Assembly (NCBI GenBank): GCA_963802055.1
Contig: CAWDHC010000005.1
Span: forward strand, 859,168-923,167
Source: an uncultured Alphaproteobacteria bacterium
GTDB taxonomy: Bacteria; Pseudomonadota; Alphaproteobacteria; Sphingomonadales; Sphingomonadaceae
Reading direction: 5' to 3'
DNA: 64,000 nt
The number at the start of each line of letters is the position of its first letter. Position 1 is the first letter of the stretch. Below, piece after piece: positions 17,014-26,174 of this stretch. Both the position numbers and the translations under genes were made by a program. The notes beneath the pieces are model-generated. The model made no database searches and was not told the DNA's origin. It saw only the letters and a program-made list of their open reading frames with translations.

Positions 17014-20000
17014 TCAATTGCTCGGTTTGGCGGCCTCCGAGCAGCTGTCATCCCCGGCAGGACAGGCTGCGGGCCACAGATCATCATTGCCCGTTCCGGT
17101 CACTGGTTCATCAATTAAGGGCGGATATCCGTATGTTTCAAATTCTTTGAGTTCGAGTAGAGTGCTGGCCAGCAAAAGGCCAAAGCCCTCATCTATCACG
17201 ATAGGGTCGTTGATACGGTCTTCGCTGATTGTGGGCAGGTTTTCTGTTTGGCTGCATGCACTAATCGCTATAATCTGACATCCATTGATGGTTGACGCTG
17301 CCGCAAAGCCGCTTGCGGTCTGGCTTAGGACGTCGTTGATATATACCAGCGGAATAGTTTGTAAGCCCGTCACAAACCCTGTCGCGCCGCTGACCTGTGC
17401 ATTGATTGCAATCAAGCCGTCGGGATTGGCAATGGTCAAATTCAGACTATTTGCGGTGATGCCGCGGCGGTCCCTGTACAATATGCTGGTGCCGCTATTT
17501 TGAACGAGAATGTTGTTTCTGGCGGAAATATTCACATTATCCGCGCTTATCACGCCAGCGGTGTTGATATTGCCATCATTCGCATCCAGCCGTGCGTTGA
17601 TGGCCGAAACACTTGAAAGTGACGCGAGATCGGTCATGGCGGACTGGGTGGCCGCGGTGATGTCATTCGCATTAAGCGTCAATGCTCCTGCCAGAGCGCC
17701 CGCTGGGCCGCTTAGCGCCAATGAGCCTTGGCCAGCGATGATTTCCAGCGAATTGTCCGCTGTAATATTTACCGCATTCGCATTTCCAAAACCGCTAAAG
17801 GCAGCGGCCCCAATAACCCGAACCGACCCGGGCGTGGTGACGCTGAACGAACCATTGGCCGCTATGTTACCAGCCGCGTTATTGGCCCTGCTGGTGATGG
17901 CAAATCCATCCAAAATCACGCTGGGAACGACGGGTGGCGCAGGCGGAACCGCAGCGGTATTTAACCAGTTGATCGCGATATCGTTTGCGAAAATGCGGGA
18001 CAATTCTGTTGCCGATAGGCTATATCCAGTGCTGACCCCGCCGCCACCTATGGTCATTTGCTCACCGGCATTGTTGCTTAAATTGACCAATTGCGTTGTA
18101 CCAATGCTGCCCAACTGCGCGGTAGGACTGATCTGAATATTGCCAGACCGTACCGATATTACCGGCGCCACAGCATTGGCCAAAAAGCTCGCCAACCCGC
18201 CAGACGTCACGTCAAGTGATGTCCCGCCTGTTGCGATTCCAGCCAGACTGGCATTTTGGCCTGCTTGGACAATGATCTGGTTTCCATTTGTAGACGCCAA
18301 ATTAACATTGCCGCCTGCATCGAAGTTTAACAATCCGGCCGCGCTTGCGTTGCCAGCTACGATATTGCCATTTGCCGCAATTACGTTCACGCTGCCGCCT
18401 GCTGCAGCGAGATTGCCAGTGGTAATGTCGTTAACCGCGGTCAGGCTAATATTACCCAGATTTGACGAGACGAGCCCGCCGCTTATATTTCCTGCGGTAG
18501 CGGTTACGCTGATCGACTGCGCTGCACTCAGATTAGTGAATGAGGCATTCACACCTTGCAACGCTATCGACAATGCGCTGCTGCTATTTCCCAAAATGAC
18601 ATCGCCTCCAGCATTTAACTGAACGGCAGTACCCGGCACCGCAATGCTGCCAAAATTAATCCCGCCGCCTGCATTGACCTGAAACGGAACAGCCGCGCCT
18701 TGGGTGTAGGAGAGCACGGAAATGTTTCCGGGAAGCGCATAAATTGGCTCAGCCGCTCCGCCTATCCCCGCAACAGTTGTAAGTTGCCCGCCAGTATTAA
18801 TCGCGCCGGCCGCGATATTGGTGCCTATAGTGATGCCAATATCATTGGCAGAGGTCAGATTGCCATTGCCCGTCAGGCTGCCGTTTGCTGCATCAATCTG
18901 CAACAAATTGCTGGATAGCGATGAATTGCGAAGGGAAACATCGCCTTCAACGCTGGTCAAATTGATTTGATTTATTCCGGCGATGGACGAAGCCGAACCG
19001 AGCGGATCGCCGATTATTAAATCCCGCCGGGCGGTGGCCAAAAAGATATTCGCATTGACATTGCCGCCTTCGATATAGGCCTGCACCGGAACGCCAGATC
19101 GCCCAAGCGTATCAACCCGCTGCCCTATTTCGACACGGTTAGTGGCGGCTAATCTGCCCAAACAGAGATTGCCTTGCAAGCATTGTCCGCCGAGCAGGCC
19201 AAAGTCGTTGGACTGGCCCGTGGCAGCGATTGTCGCATTTGACGGCGCATTGTTAATATCCGCCTGTATTGAGCCTGCAGAAATCGTTCCGCCCAGCCCG
19301 TCAATCGCATCGGCAGTCAGGGTAACGGATGAGTTGGAGCCATCCAAATTGCCGCGCGTCACGATCGAAGCAATTGGTGTTACCAGCGCAGACGATAATT
19401 GCGCCGACAGACCGCCCGCAGCAAGCACCATTTTGGCCGCATTGTTAAACGGGCTTGCGGGATTTAGCGGAACAGTCGGATTGAAAGCCGATATTACAAC
19501 AGCGCCTGCCTGAATTATTATATCATCGCCGGTAGCAAATCCCACCAGATCATTTGCACGCACATTAGCGGCGCTGGTAACAACGACATTGCCCCCGGCA
19601 AAAGCAACCACATCGCCCACAGAAGTAATGGTGCCGGTCAGTGCCGCATGATATAATGGGTCATAGAAAATACCCAAGCCTGCGATATTCTGATAGCCAG
19701 CGTCGACCCGGATTTGGAGCGGGGGATTACCAACGCCGCTTGCAGTTAGTACAGCATTGTTTAGTGTTGCATTTAGCCGTGCGGCCAAGCTGATGTGATC
19801 GACACCTGTGATATCATTGATGCTGATATTGCCGGTTGTCTGGACATATATTTCACTGCCTGACCGAATTCTCGAACCGGGCTGGCTTACAAAATCACCC
19901 CCCGCATTGGCATAAATTGATCCGGCAGAATCTATCGAAAACACTCCGCTATTGTTGCTGTGATTGACCATTATGGATTGGCTAGCCGTCAGGTTGGTGC

Positions 20001-21339
20001 CGCCGCCAACGACAAATTGCCCACTATCCTGGAAATTAAAACCAATATCTGCGGCGGTTAAATTGGCGCTGCCATCCACCCGCACTGCGCCACCATTGCC
20101 CGCCCCGATGTCAATCTGCTGGCCCGCATTAAGGGTCAGATTATAGCGATAACCTGTTGCACCGGTGCCCACCAACACATTAGCTGCTGCAGGCATTTCC
20201 GCATTAATGGAACCGCTAGCGGTTGCTCCGGTGTCGGATGTAAAAGAACCGCCGGTAAAGTTTATATCAGCGGTGATGCCGTTTGCAGGAGAAGGGTCGA
20301 CAGTCACTTGCGGGAAGGCCGCCGTGCCGCCGACCGCAACATTATGGCCCGCACTTAAGACAACTTCTCCGTTTGAGATGATGGCAGTGGATGCTGCGCG
20401 GTATCCGGCAGTGCCGCCCAGCAGCATTGTGATGGCATTATTCTTAGGCACAGCGACCATGTAGATGGCGCGTGCGTCCGGGTTGCCAGCCACGGGTGTT
20501 GAGGCGTCTCCCGTCGTGGTGCCGGTATGGACAACGCCATTGGCGTCATCTGTCCCGGTTTTGATCGAAATTCCAAATAGACCATTGCTGATCTGCAACT
20601 GCCCCTGTTCACCCCCAATATAGCCCACAGACCCGTCAACATCGACCGTGCCGCTTTGCACTACGCTAGGCGCGAACATGGCTAAATAGCTGCTGGTGCT
20701 CAGTTCATTTAGCGCAGTAACTTGTGCGCCATTTTCCACAACTATGCTAGAATTGGGGGTGATCGCACCCGTGAAATTGATGCTGCCACTGTTTCCGACG
20801 AACAGGTCGGCATTGGCGATGGCGCTGGTTGAAAGTAATAAACTACCGACATCAAAAGTCGAAGTGCTGCCCAATATGATCCCGCCCGGCGTGTAGAACC
20901 AGATGCTGCCAGCGCGTTGGGTCACGGCAGAGCCAGCCACTGAAACTACATTTCCGTCAAAACGAACCGGCCGATTGTTCACCGGATTGCTCGCGTCATC
21001 TATCGGCAAAATCCGGTTTAATACTGCAAAATCAACGACAACGCTGCCAGTCGAACGAAAGGTCGCGGTTGTGTTTTGCGCCTGGAACAAAATCTCGCCT
21101 GTTCCGCTAGTGTCATTTGGTTGCCAGTTAATCACCGCAGTTGGCGTGGAGATCGATATCTCGGTCGTATTTGGGCCAGTGGAAAAAGAAACTCCGCCTG
21201 CCTCAATAGTCGGCGTTCCTTGAAAAGACTGGGCATTGGCATCTGTCGCTGCTGCGCCAATGGTAAGCGCGATTAAGCATGCGCCAGCCAGCAAGCTACT
21301 AGATGATTTTCGAAACTGTATCCGGTCAAATTTTGACAT
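17014..21339 (-). CDS. Large exoprotein, TpsA / filamentous-hemagglutinin-like beta-helix protein (1441 aa)
   Basis: Signal peptide ending ANA, secretion-domain-like AVINW, long G/A/N/S/T-rich beta-helix repeats. ATG 21339 overlaps the TpsB stop (TAATG). Confidence 0.8.
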   Translation of the reverse strand: MSKFDRIQFRKSSSSLLAGACLIALTIGAAATDANAQSFQGTPTIEAGGVSFSTGPNTTEISISTPTAVINWQPNDTSGTGEILFQAQNTTATFRSTGSVVVDFAVLNRILPIDDASNPVNNRPVRFDGNVVSVAGSAVTQRAGSIWFYTPGGIILGSTSTFDVGSLLLSTSAIANADLFVGNSGSINFTGAITPNSSIVVENGAQVTALNELSTSSYLAMFAPSVVQSGTVDVDGSVGYIGGEQGQLQISNGLFGISIKTGTDDANGVVHTGTTTGDASTPVAGNPDARAIYMVAVPKNNAITMLLGGTAGYRAASTAIISNGEVVLSAGHNVAVGGTAAFPQVTVDPSPANGITADINFTGGSFTSDTGATASGSINAEMPAAANVLVGTGATGYRYNLTLNAGQQIDIGAGNGGAVRVDGSANLTAADIGFNFQDSGQFVVGGGTNLTASQSIMVNHSNNSGVFSIDSAGSIYANAGGDFVSQPGSRIRSGSEIYVQTTGNISINDITGVDHISLAARLNATLNNAVLTASGVGNPPLQIRVDAGYQNIAGLGIFYDPLYHAALTGTITSVGDVVAFAGGNVVVTSAANVRANDLVGFATGDDIIIQAGAVVISAFNPTVPLNPASPFNNAAKMVLAAGGLSAQLSSALVTPIASIVTRGNLDGSNSSVTLTADAIDGLGGTISAGSIQADINNAPSNATIAATGQSNDFGLLGGQCLQGNLCLGRLAATNRVEIGQRVDTLGRSGVPVQAYIEGGNVNANIFLATARRDLIIGDPLGSASSIAGINQINLTSVEGDVSLRNSSLSSNLLQIDAANGSLTGNGNLTSANDIGITIGTNIAAGAINTGGQLTTVAGIGGAAEPIYALPGNISVLSYTQGAAVPFQVNAGGGINFGSIAVPGTAVQLNAGGDVILGNSSSALSIALQGVNASFTNLSAAQSISVTATAGNISGGLVSSNLGNISLTAVNDITTGNLAAAGGSVNVIAANGNIVAGNASAAGLLNFDAGGNVNLASTNGNQIIVQAGQNASLAGIATGGTSLDVTSGGLASFLANAVAPVISVRSGNIQISPTAQLGSIGTTQLVNLSNNAGEQMTIGGGGVSTGYSLSATELSRIFANDIAINWLNTAAVPPAPPVVPSVILDGFAITSRANNAAGNIAANGSFSVTTPGSVRVIGAAAFSGFGNANAVNITADNSLEIIAGQGSLALSGPAGALAGALTLNANDITAATQSAMTDLASLSSVSAINARLDANDGNINTAGVISADNVNISARNNILVQNSGTSILYRDRRGITANSLNLTIANPDGLIAINAQVSGATGFVTGLQTIPLVYINDVLSQTASGFAAASTINGCQIIAISACSQTENLPTISEDRINDPIVIDEGFGLLLASTLLELKEFETYGYPPLIDEPVTGTGNDDLWPAACPAGDDSCSEAAKPSN

Positions 21340-23123
21340 TATAGGCTCCACGGGAACAACTTCACGGTCAATGACATCAGAAAACGGACATCGCCTTTGC
21401 GGCTCAACAGTCCTGCCGTTTTTAAAGGAGCTGCGGCGGTCAAATCAAGCCGGGCACTTTTGCCCAAAGCTGCCCGAACGCCGCCGCCCAAAGAATATAG
21501 ATGGGTTCTGTTGCGCGCATAAGGCGCGGTTAAAATATCCTTGTTCCAAACCTTTGCAGCATCAAAAAAAGTAAAGGGTTGCACGGCCAGATCCTTGATG
21601 GATTTGGGTTGCAGAGAAAATAAGCGCAGTTCAGCTTGCGAACCCAAGCCGCTATCACCCAGCAACACGCCCGCATCATAACCGCGGCCGACCGTGTAAT
21701 TCCCCGCACTGAACTCTTCGTAACTGACCAGCGATTTTGGCGCAAATTGCCCGCGCATTGACAGCGACAAAGCAACATCGGGTATCGGCCTATATTCGAT
21801 ATAGGCTTGGCCGCGCGCCACAAAGCTGGAAGTATCGGCCTCTATTCGGCTAAGCGGCGTAAATGGTGGCAGGCAGCGCAAAAAGCCCGCGCCGCAGGCT
21901 GGGCTTGCACCAAGTCCGCTTATGCCTTGCCGCAATTCTGTTGACCCCCCAAAGCGCCAATGGGGTTCCGCCCCAGTATAGCCCCTTGCACTGGAAAGGC
22001 TTGCAGGATCTCTGACATCAAAATCAACGCGGCCATAAGCAATGCGTAGCTGATCTCTGGTCAAAGGCGTCGTGCCAAATCGTGTTTCTTGGTCAATCCA
22101 GTCGAATCCAGCCGATACGACCAGATTTTTTGATTGGCTGCGGATGACGGGATAGCTTGCCGACAGCGACGCGATTAGAGTTTTTGATGTGATCGGTGCG
22201 GGCGGATTGAGCGTCGGTGAAGACCATGCGTGCGTGACATCTGCCGACACACGAAGTCCGTTGTTACCAATCAGAAAGCTATGTCCCGCCTGCAAGATGG
22301 TTTGCTCTTTGCTATCCACTGTGTTGAAAATACTCAGCGTGGTTTGATCACCAAGGCCGGTTATACCATTTATTCTCGCTCCCAGAAGGCCGCCAAAGCG
22401 CCCGGTGTCGACGGATCCCAAATTCTGAACATTGGCTTCCAGTTCAAATCGCCGATAGCTAACCGCTACCTCGCCAATCACTTCGCCAGGGACGGTTCCG
22501 GCTGGTCGCAAGGTCATCCGCACATCATAACCCGGAATGTCTCGGGCCAGCAGCATGGCCCGCTCGGCCTCGACAAAGTTGAAAATGTTTTTGTTGGTTA
22601 AAGATTCTAGAAATGCAACCAACCGTCCTTCCGACGGCCCAGCATCGCCGCGCACCTGCACCTTTACAAGCCTTGCCAGCAATACATCGAATTTCAACGT
22701 GCCGCCCGGCGCAATGCGCTGCGGCACCACTTGCACCGCCGCCAGATAGCCGGCACGCCGCAATGTCGTCGCGGCACGGTCTCGTATTTCGCATAGCTGG
22801 GCAATCGGCAGGGTTTTTCCGGCCTCATCACGCCAGCTGCTATCCAAGGATGCAGGAGCAATGCCGGAAAGCCCCGAAAATTCAACGCTTGAAAATGATA
22901 TCTGCACATTGGCATAAGCCGGATCGGCGAACGGGCAGGGTGCTCGTTCGATATCGCCATCGACTTTCAGGCGGCTGCGCTGCACTTCGACGTCAGGCAG
23001 TTCTTTGCTTTCCAGCTCGTCTCTTGTCGGTGCAATGTTGCTTTGTGCGGCAACTGCAGTCGGCATGAAAAAACTGGCACCAGCCAACGCAACATATGCG
23101 AATCGAAAAGCGTTGTCTGGCAT
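21339..23123 (-). CDS. ShlB/FhaC/HecB-family TpsB outer-membrane transporter
   Basis: Signal peptide, POTRA-like region, N.GS..TG motif (NLGSVDTG), GRGY loop motif, terminal beta-strand VRFLMSLTVKLF. Confidence 0.88.
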   Translation of the reverse strand: MPDNAFRFAYVALAGASFFMPTAVAAQSNIAPTRDELESKELPDVEVQRSRLKVDGDIERAPCPFADPAYANVQISFSSVEFSGLSGIAPASLDSSWRDEAGKTLPIAQLCEIRDRAATTLRRAGYLAAVQVVPQRIAPGGTLKFDVLLARLVKVQVRGDAGPSEGRLVAFLESLTNKNIFNFVEAERAMLLARDIPGYDVRMTLRPAGTVPGEVIGEVAVSYRRFELEANVQNLGSVDTGRFGGLLGARINGITGLGDQTTLSIFNTVDSKEQTILQAGHSFLIGNNGLRVSADVTHAWSSPTLNPPAPITSKTLIASLSASYPVIRSQSKNLVVSAGFDWIDQETRFGTTPLTRDQLRIAYGRVDFDVRDPASLSSARGYTGAEPHWRFGGSTELRQGISGLGASPACGAGFLRCLPPFTPLSRIEADTSSFVARGQAYIEYRPIPDVALSLSMRGQFAPKSLVSYEEFSAGNYTVGRGYDAGVLLGDSGLGSQAELRLFSLQPKSIKDLAVQPFTFFDAAKVWNKDILTAPYARNRTHLYSLGGGVRAALGKSARLDLTAAAPLKTAGLLSRKGDVRFLMSLTVKLFPWSL

Positions 23124-23362
23124 TTATTCCCCCCGTATTTCGCCGATCATATACGCAGAATTAATGCGACAGGATCAACGAACGCGTTGCTTCGTCATTA
23201 TGAAAGCGCCTATTCAACGCTTCTGAAAACCACCTTGCGACCGAGGCACCGAAACACAGTTGGCAATTATTTTGCCCTTCACTGGATTCGGTCGCCAATT
23301 TCTACGTCAAAATAAGGATTTGTGCAATTGTTTCGCCCACAGACGAACCGTCTCTAATCTCA

Positions 23363-24121
23363 CTAAGGGGAGGGCGGTGATTGCACAAATGTTTCGGCCA
23401 GCAACTCGCTTTGCGATTGGCATCCTTTTGCCAGCAAGCCCCCTGCCAATATGTCAAGCTGTTCGCTGCCGGAGACTTGCATGCGCACCAAATCTACTGA
23501 AATCAGATCTTTGCTTCCGGCAGGGCCAATCAGATAACGACCACCATCAACAGGGGCAATCTCGCTGGGCCATGCGGCGGTAGATTGCCCTTTGCGGAAG
23601 CTAACCGAAGCCTTTGCACCAGATTTCGCATCTTGCGCCGAAAGGTTAAAAATCGCGGAACTATCACTGCGCCAAAATTGAAGCTGGGAAAAATCCGCGA
23701 CGCAGGATGTCCCGCTTTTGGAAATATCGACAAACCATAAATTAGGGCTTCGCGCTTTAGCACCCGAAGATGACGAGCCACGAACGGCTCCTGTGCGTGC
23801 GCGCCGCACGTTGCTGGTCTTGGCGATTTTCGCTAGGCTGCTGCTGGCAACTTTTCCTGCGCTCACGGCGCTGGACGTACTGAAGCTGCCCGGCCCGCGC
23901 AAAATCCGGGTTCCGCGTTCATCAAGCACCGTCAATGTTTCGCCCGCGTTCAACTTAATGGTGCCGTTAACCGGAAGCTTTGTGCCCGGCTTATAACTTT
24001 GCCCAGCCGGACCGCTATATTTGATCACGATTGGCCCAGCGCTAGCCGCCATGGTTAAGCCAAATGCCGGCAATGCAAACCCTAGCGCCACAAACGCCAA
24101 TCTATTTTTAATCCAAGCCAT
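23363..24121 (-). CDS. Exported hypothetical protein (FecR-like N-terminal beta domain suspected)
   Basis: Signal peptide ending ASA, then IKLNAGETLTVLDERGTRILRGPG. ATG 24121 has a well-spaced AGGA RBS and overlaps the cyclase 3' end. Confidence 0.7.
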   Translation of the reverse strand: MAWIKNRLAFVALGFALPAFGLTMAASAGPIVIKYSGPAGQSYKPGTKLPVNGTIKLNAGETLTVLDERGTRILRGPGSFSTSSAVSAGKVASSSLAKIAKTSNVRRARTGAVRGSSSSGAKARSPNLWFVDISKSGTSCVADFSQLQFWRSDSSAIFNLSAQDAKSGAKASVSFRKGQSTAAWPSEIAPVDGGRYLIGPAGSKDLISVDLVRMQVSGSEQLDILAGGLLAKGCQSQSELLAETFVQSPPSP

Positions 24122-26147
24122 ACACATATCCTACCTCTGAATTTTGAACTCTGTAAAGCAAATTTTCGGCTGCGGCATCGTCTGGATGGGCCAGCGACAA
24201 TGCCTTCAAATCCGCGATAGCCTGAGCATAATCGGTATTTAGCAACGCTATGGCTGCAGCCAATTGATCGCGCTGTTGTGCGGGAATATCGGGACATGGT
24301 TCAAATATATCCACGGGCAAGGCCCGCCCGCGCAAACGAACACGGCCCAATGGACGCCACCAATCGAGGCCTGATCGCTCGGCGGCTTCGCGGCTCGCTA
24401 AGACTCCGGTATTGGTCTGCTTATTGGCGCTTTCCAGCCGCGATGCGGTGTTCATGCTATCACCCAGTGCGGTATATTGAATGCGGCCTTCGCCGCCGAA
24501 ATTGCCAATAACCGCCTCCCCAAAATGCAGGCCGACGCGGGTTTTGCCAATAGGGGGCAGGCCATCGGGAACAGCATTGCGAAATACTTCGCCCGCTTGC
24601 CATAATTCATAAGCGGCCTTTGCTGCCCGCTCGCCATCGTCGGGGTAAGAAATCGGCGCACCCCAAAAAGAGACGGTGGCATCGCCCACGAATTTGTCGA
24701 TCGTCCCTCCATGTTTTAAAATGACCGAACACAGCATATCCAGATAGCGGTTCAGCAAGGTCGCCACCATTTCCGGTTCTATCTGATGCGATAATTTGGT
24801 GAAGCCTTCGAGATCACTAAAAACAACAAAAATTTCGCGCTTCTCGCCGTGCAATGCGAGCCGGTCTGGCTCGTCCAATATTTGCTGGGCAATGTCTCTG
24901 GGTAAATATTTGCCCAAGGCCGATTGGGCAAAGCGCCGCTGATGAGAACTGACCTCGCGCACCGCCATGCTAATCGCAGAAAAGGCGATGATCCACCCTA
25001 TCAGCCAGCCGAAAGCCGACATATGTTGCGTATCCAACCCCTGCGCATGCGCAACAATTGGCAATCCTCCGAAAAAAATAATCTGAACCAATACCGAGAC
25101 TGCAACGCGGTAGCCGCCATTTTGCAGGCTGGTCAGCCCCCCCGCAACCACAACCAATATCGCCAACGCCCATTTCGCCCAAGGCGGCGTAGCGGGCAAT
25201 TTTTTGCCATCCAGCAATTGTGCGAGCATATGGGCATGCACATCGAGGCCGATCATCGGCGCTTGTGTATTTAACCGCAGGGGCGTTTCAAATTCGTCGA
25301 CATCAATAATATCGCCGCCAATCAGAACATATTTGCCGCGTATTTGTTCCGCTAGGGCAGGGGCCAGATCCGGGTCCGCAAGCAAATCAATCGGCAAGGA
25401 TGCAAAAACCGGGCGGTCTTCAAATTTAGGTTCGCGAAAGGCAATCGACCCTTGGTAATTTAGCATGTGCGTCGATGCATTTTTGTCCACTGAATCCCGC
25501 ATTGATCGGGCGAGGATTGGCGGCAATCCCTCTTGGATATGCGGCCAACTGCGCACAACATTGTCGATATCTGTTTCGATACGGATACTGGCTGGGCGGG
25601 CATTGCTGCCGTCCAGAGATTTCATGAATTCATCCAAGAACGCTTGCTGGCGCGGCTGGATATTATTCTGGTTGGTGGCGGCGTTCGCATAAGCCAGATA
25701 GGTGGGTGTTTTCATCGCGCGCATCGCGGCTTGCAACTGGGCGTCTTCGTCCTGTGGCTGATCGATCAATATGTCGATGCCGATCGCAGCGGCCTCCATC
25801 GTGTCAATATTGGCCAATGCTTTTGCCAATGTCGCGCGGTCCAGCGGCGAGCGCTTTTTTGTGTCGATCAAAGTGTCGTCATTGTAAACAATTTTGACAA
25901 TCCTGCTGTCCTGATCGACCAAGGGCGCGAGATAGCTGGTGCGCAAATCATATAAAGCGCGCTCGGCATTGCTGATCAGCATGATATCCCAGCTAAATCG
26001 GGAAATCAGCACAGCCAGAACCAGCAAGACAGACATTAGCAAAAGCCGCAGCCAACCCAGCTCATTTCGCACACGCAGAATTTTGCGCATGGCTGCTGAA
26101 CTTGCTGTTGCAGCTACTGGGCCATCAACGCGGTCTTGCTGTTGCAC
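24108..26147 (-). CDS. CHASE2-domain class III adenylate cyclase
   Basis: N-terminal TM, periplasmic CHASE2-like region, three TMs, then FSDLEGFT, DKFVGD, RVGLHFG, YTALGDSMNTASRLE. Lys + Thr at the specificity positions indicates ATP use. Start could be 26090. Confidence 0.9.
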   Translation of the reverse strand: MQQQDRVDGPVAATASSAAMRKILRVRNELGWLRLLLMSVLLVLAVLISRFSWDIMLISNAERALYDLRTSYLAPLVDQDSRIVKIVYNDDTLIDTKKRSPLDRATLAKALANIDTMEAAAIGIDILIDQPQDEDAQLQAAMRAMKTPTYLAYANAATNQNNIQPRQQAFLDEFMKSLDGSNARPASIRIETDIDNVVRSWPHIQEGLPPILARSMRDSVDKNASTHMLNYQGSIAFREPKFEDRPVFASLPIDLLADPDLAPALAEQIRGKYVLIGGDIIDVDEFETPLRLNTQAPMIGLDVHAHMLAQLLDGKKLPATPPWAKWALAILVVVAGGLTSLQNGGYRVAVSVLVQIIFFGGLPIVAHAQGLDTQHMSAFGWLIGWIIAFSAISMAVREVSSHQRRFAQSALGKYLPRDIAQQILDEPDRLALHGEKREIFVVFSDLEGFTKLSHQIEPEMVATLLNRYLDMLCSVILKHGGTIDKFVGDATVSFWGAPISYPDDGERAAKAAYELWQAGEVFRNAVPDGLPPIGKTRVGLHFGEAVIGNFGGEGRIQYTALGDSMNTASRLESANKQTNTGVLASREAAERSGLDWWRPLGRVRLRGRALPVDIFEPCPDIPAQQRDQLAAAIALLNTDYAQAIADLKALSLAHPDDAAAENLLYRVQNSEVGYVYGLD

Positions 26148-26174
26148 GGTTTGTTTTGCAGATTCAGCCAGCGC

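Noticed and set aside
17014-23123. CdiAB contact-dependent inhibition system
   Set aside because: No VENN/pretoxin motif, toxin domain or downstream immunity ORF.
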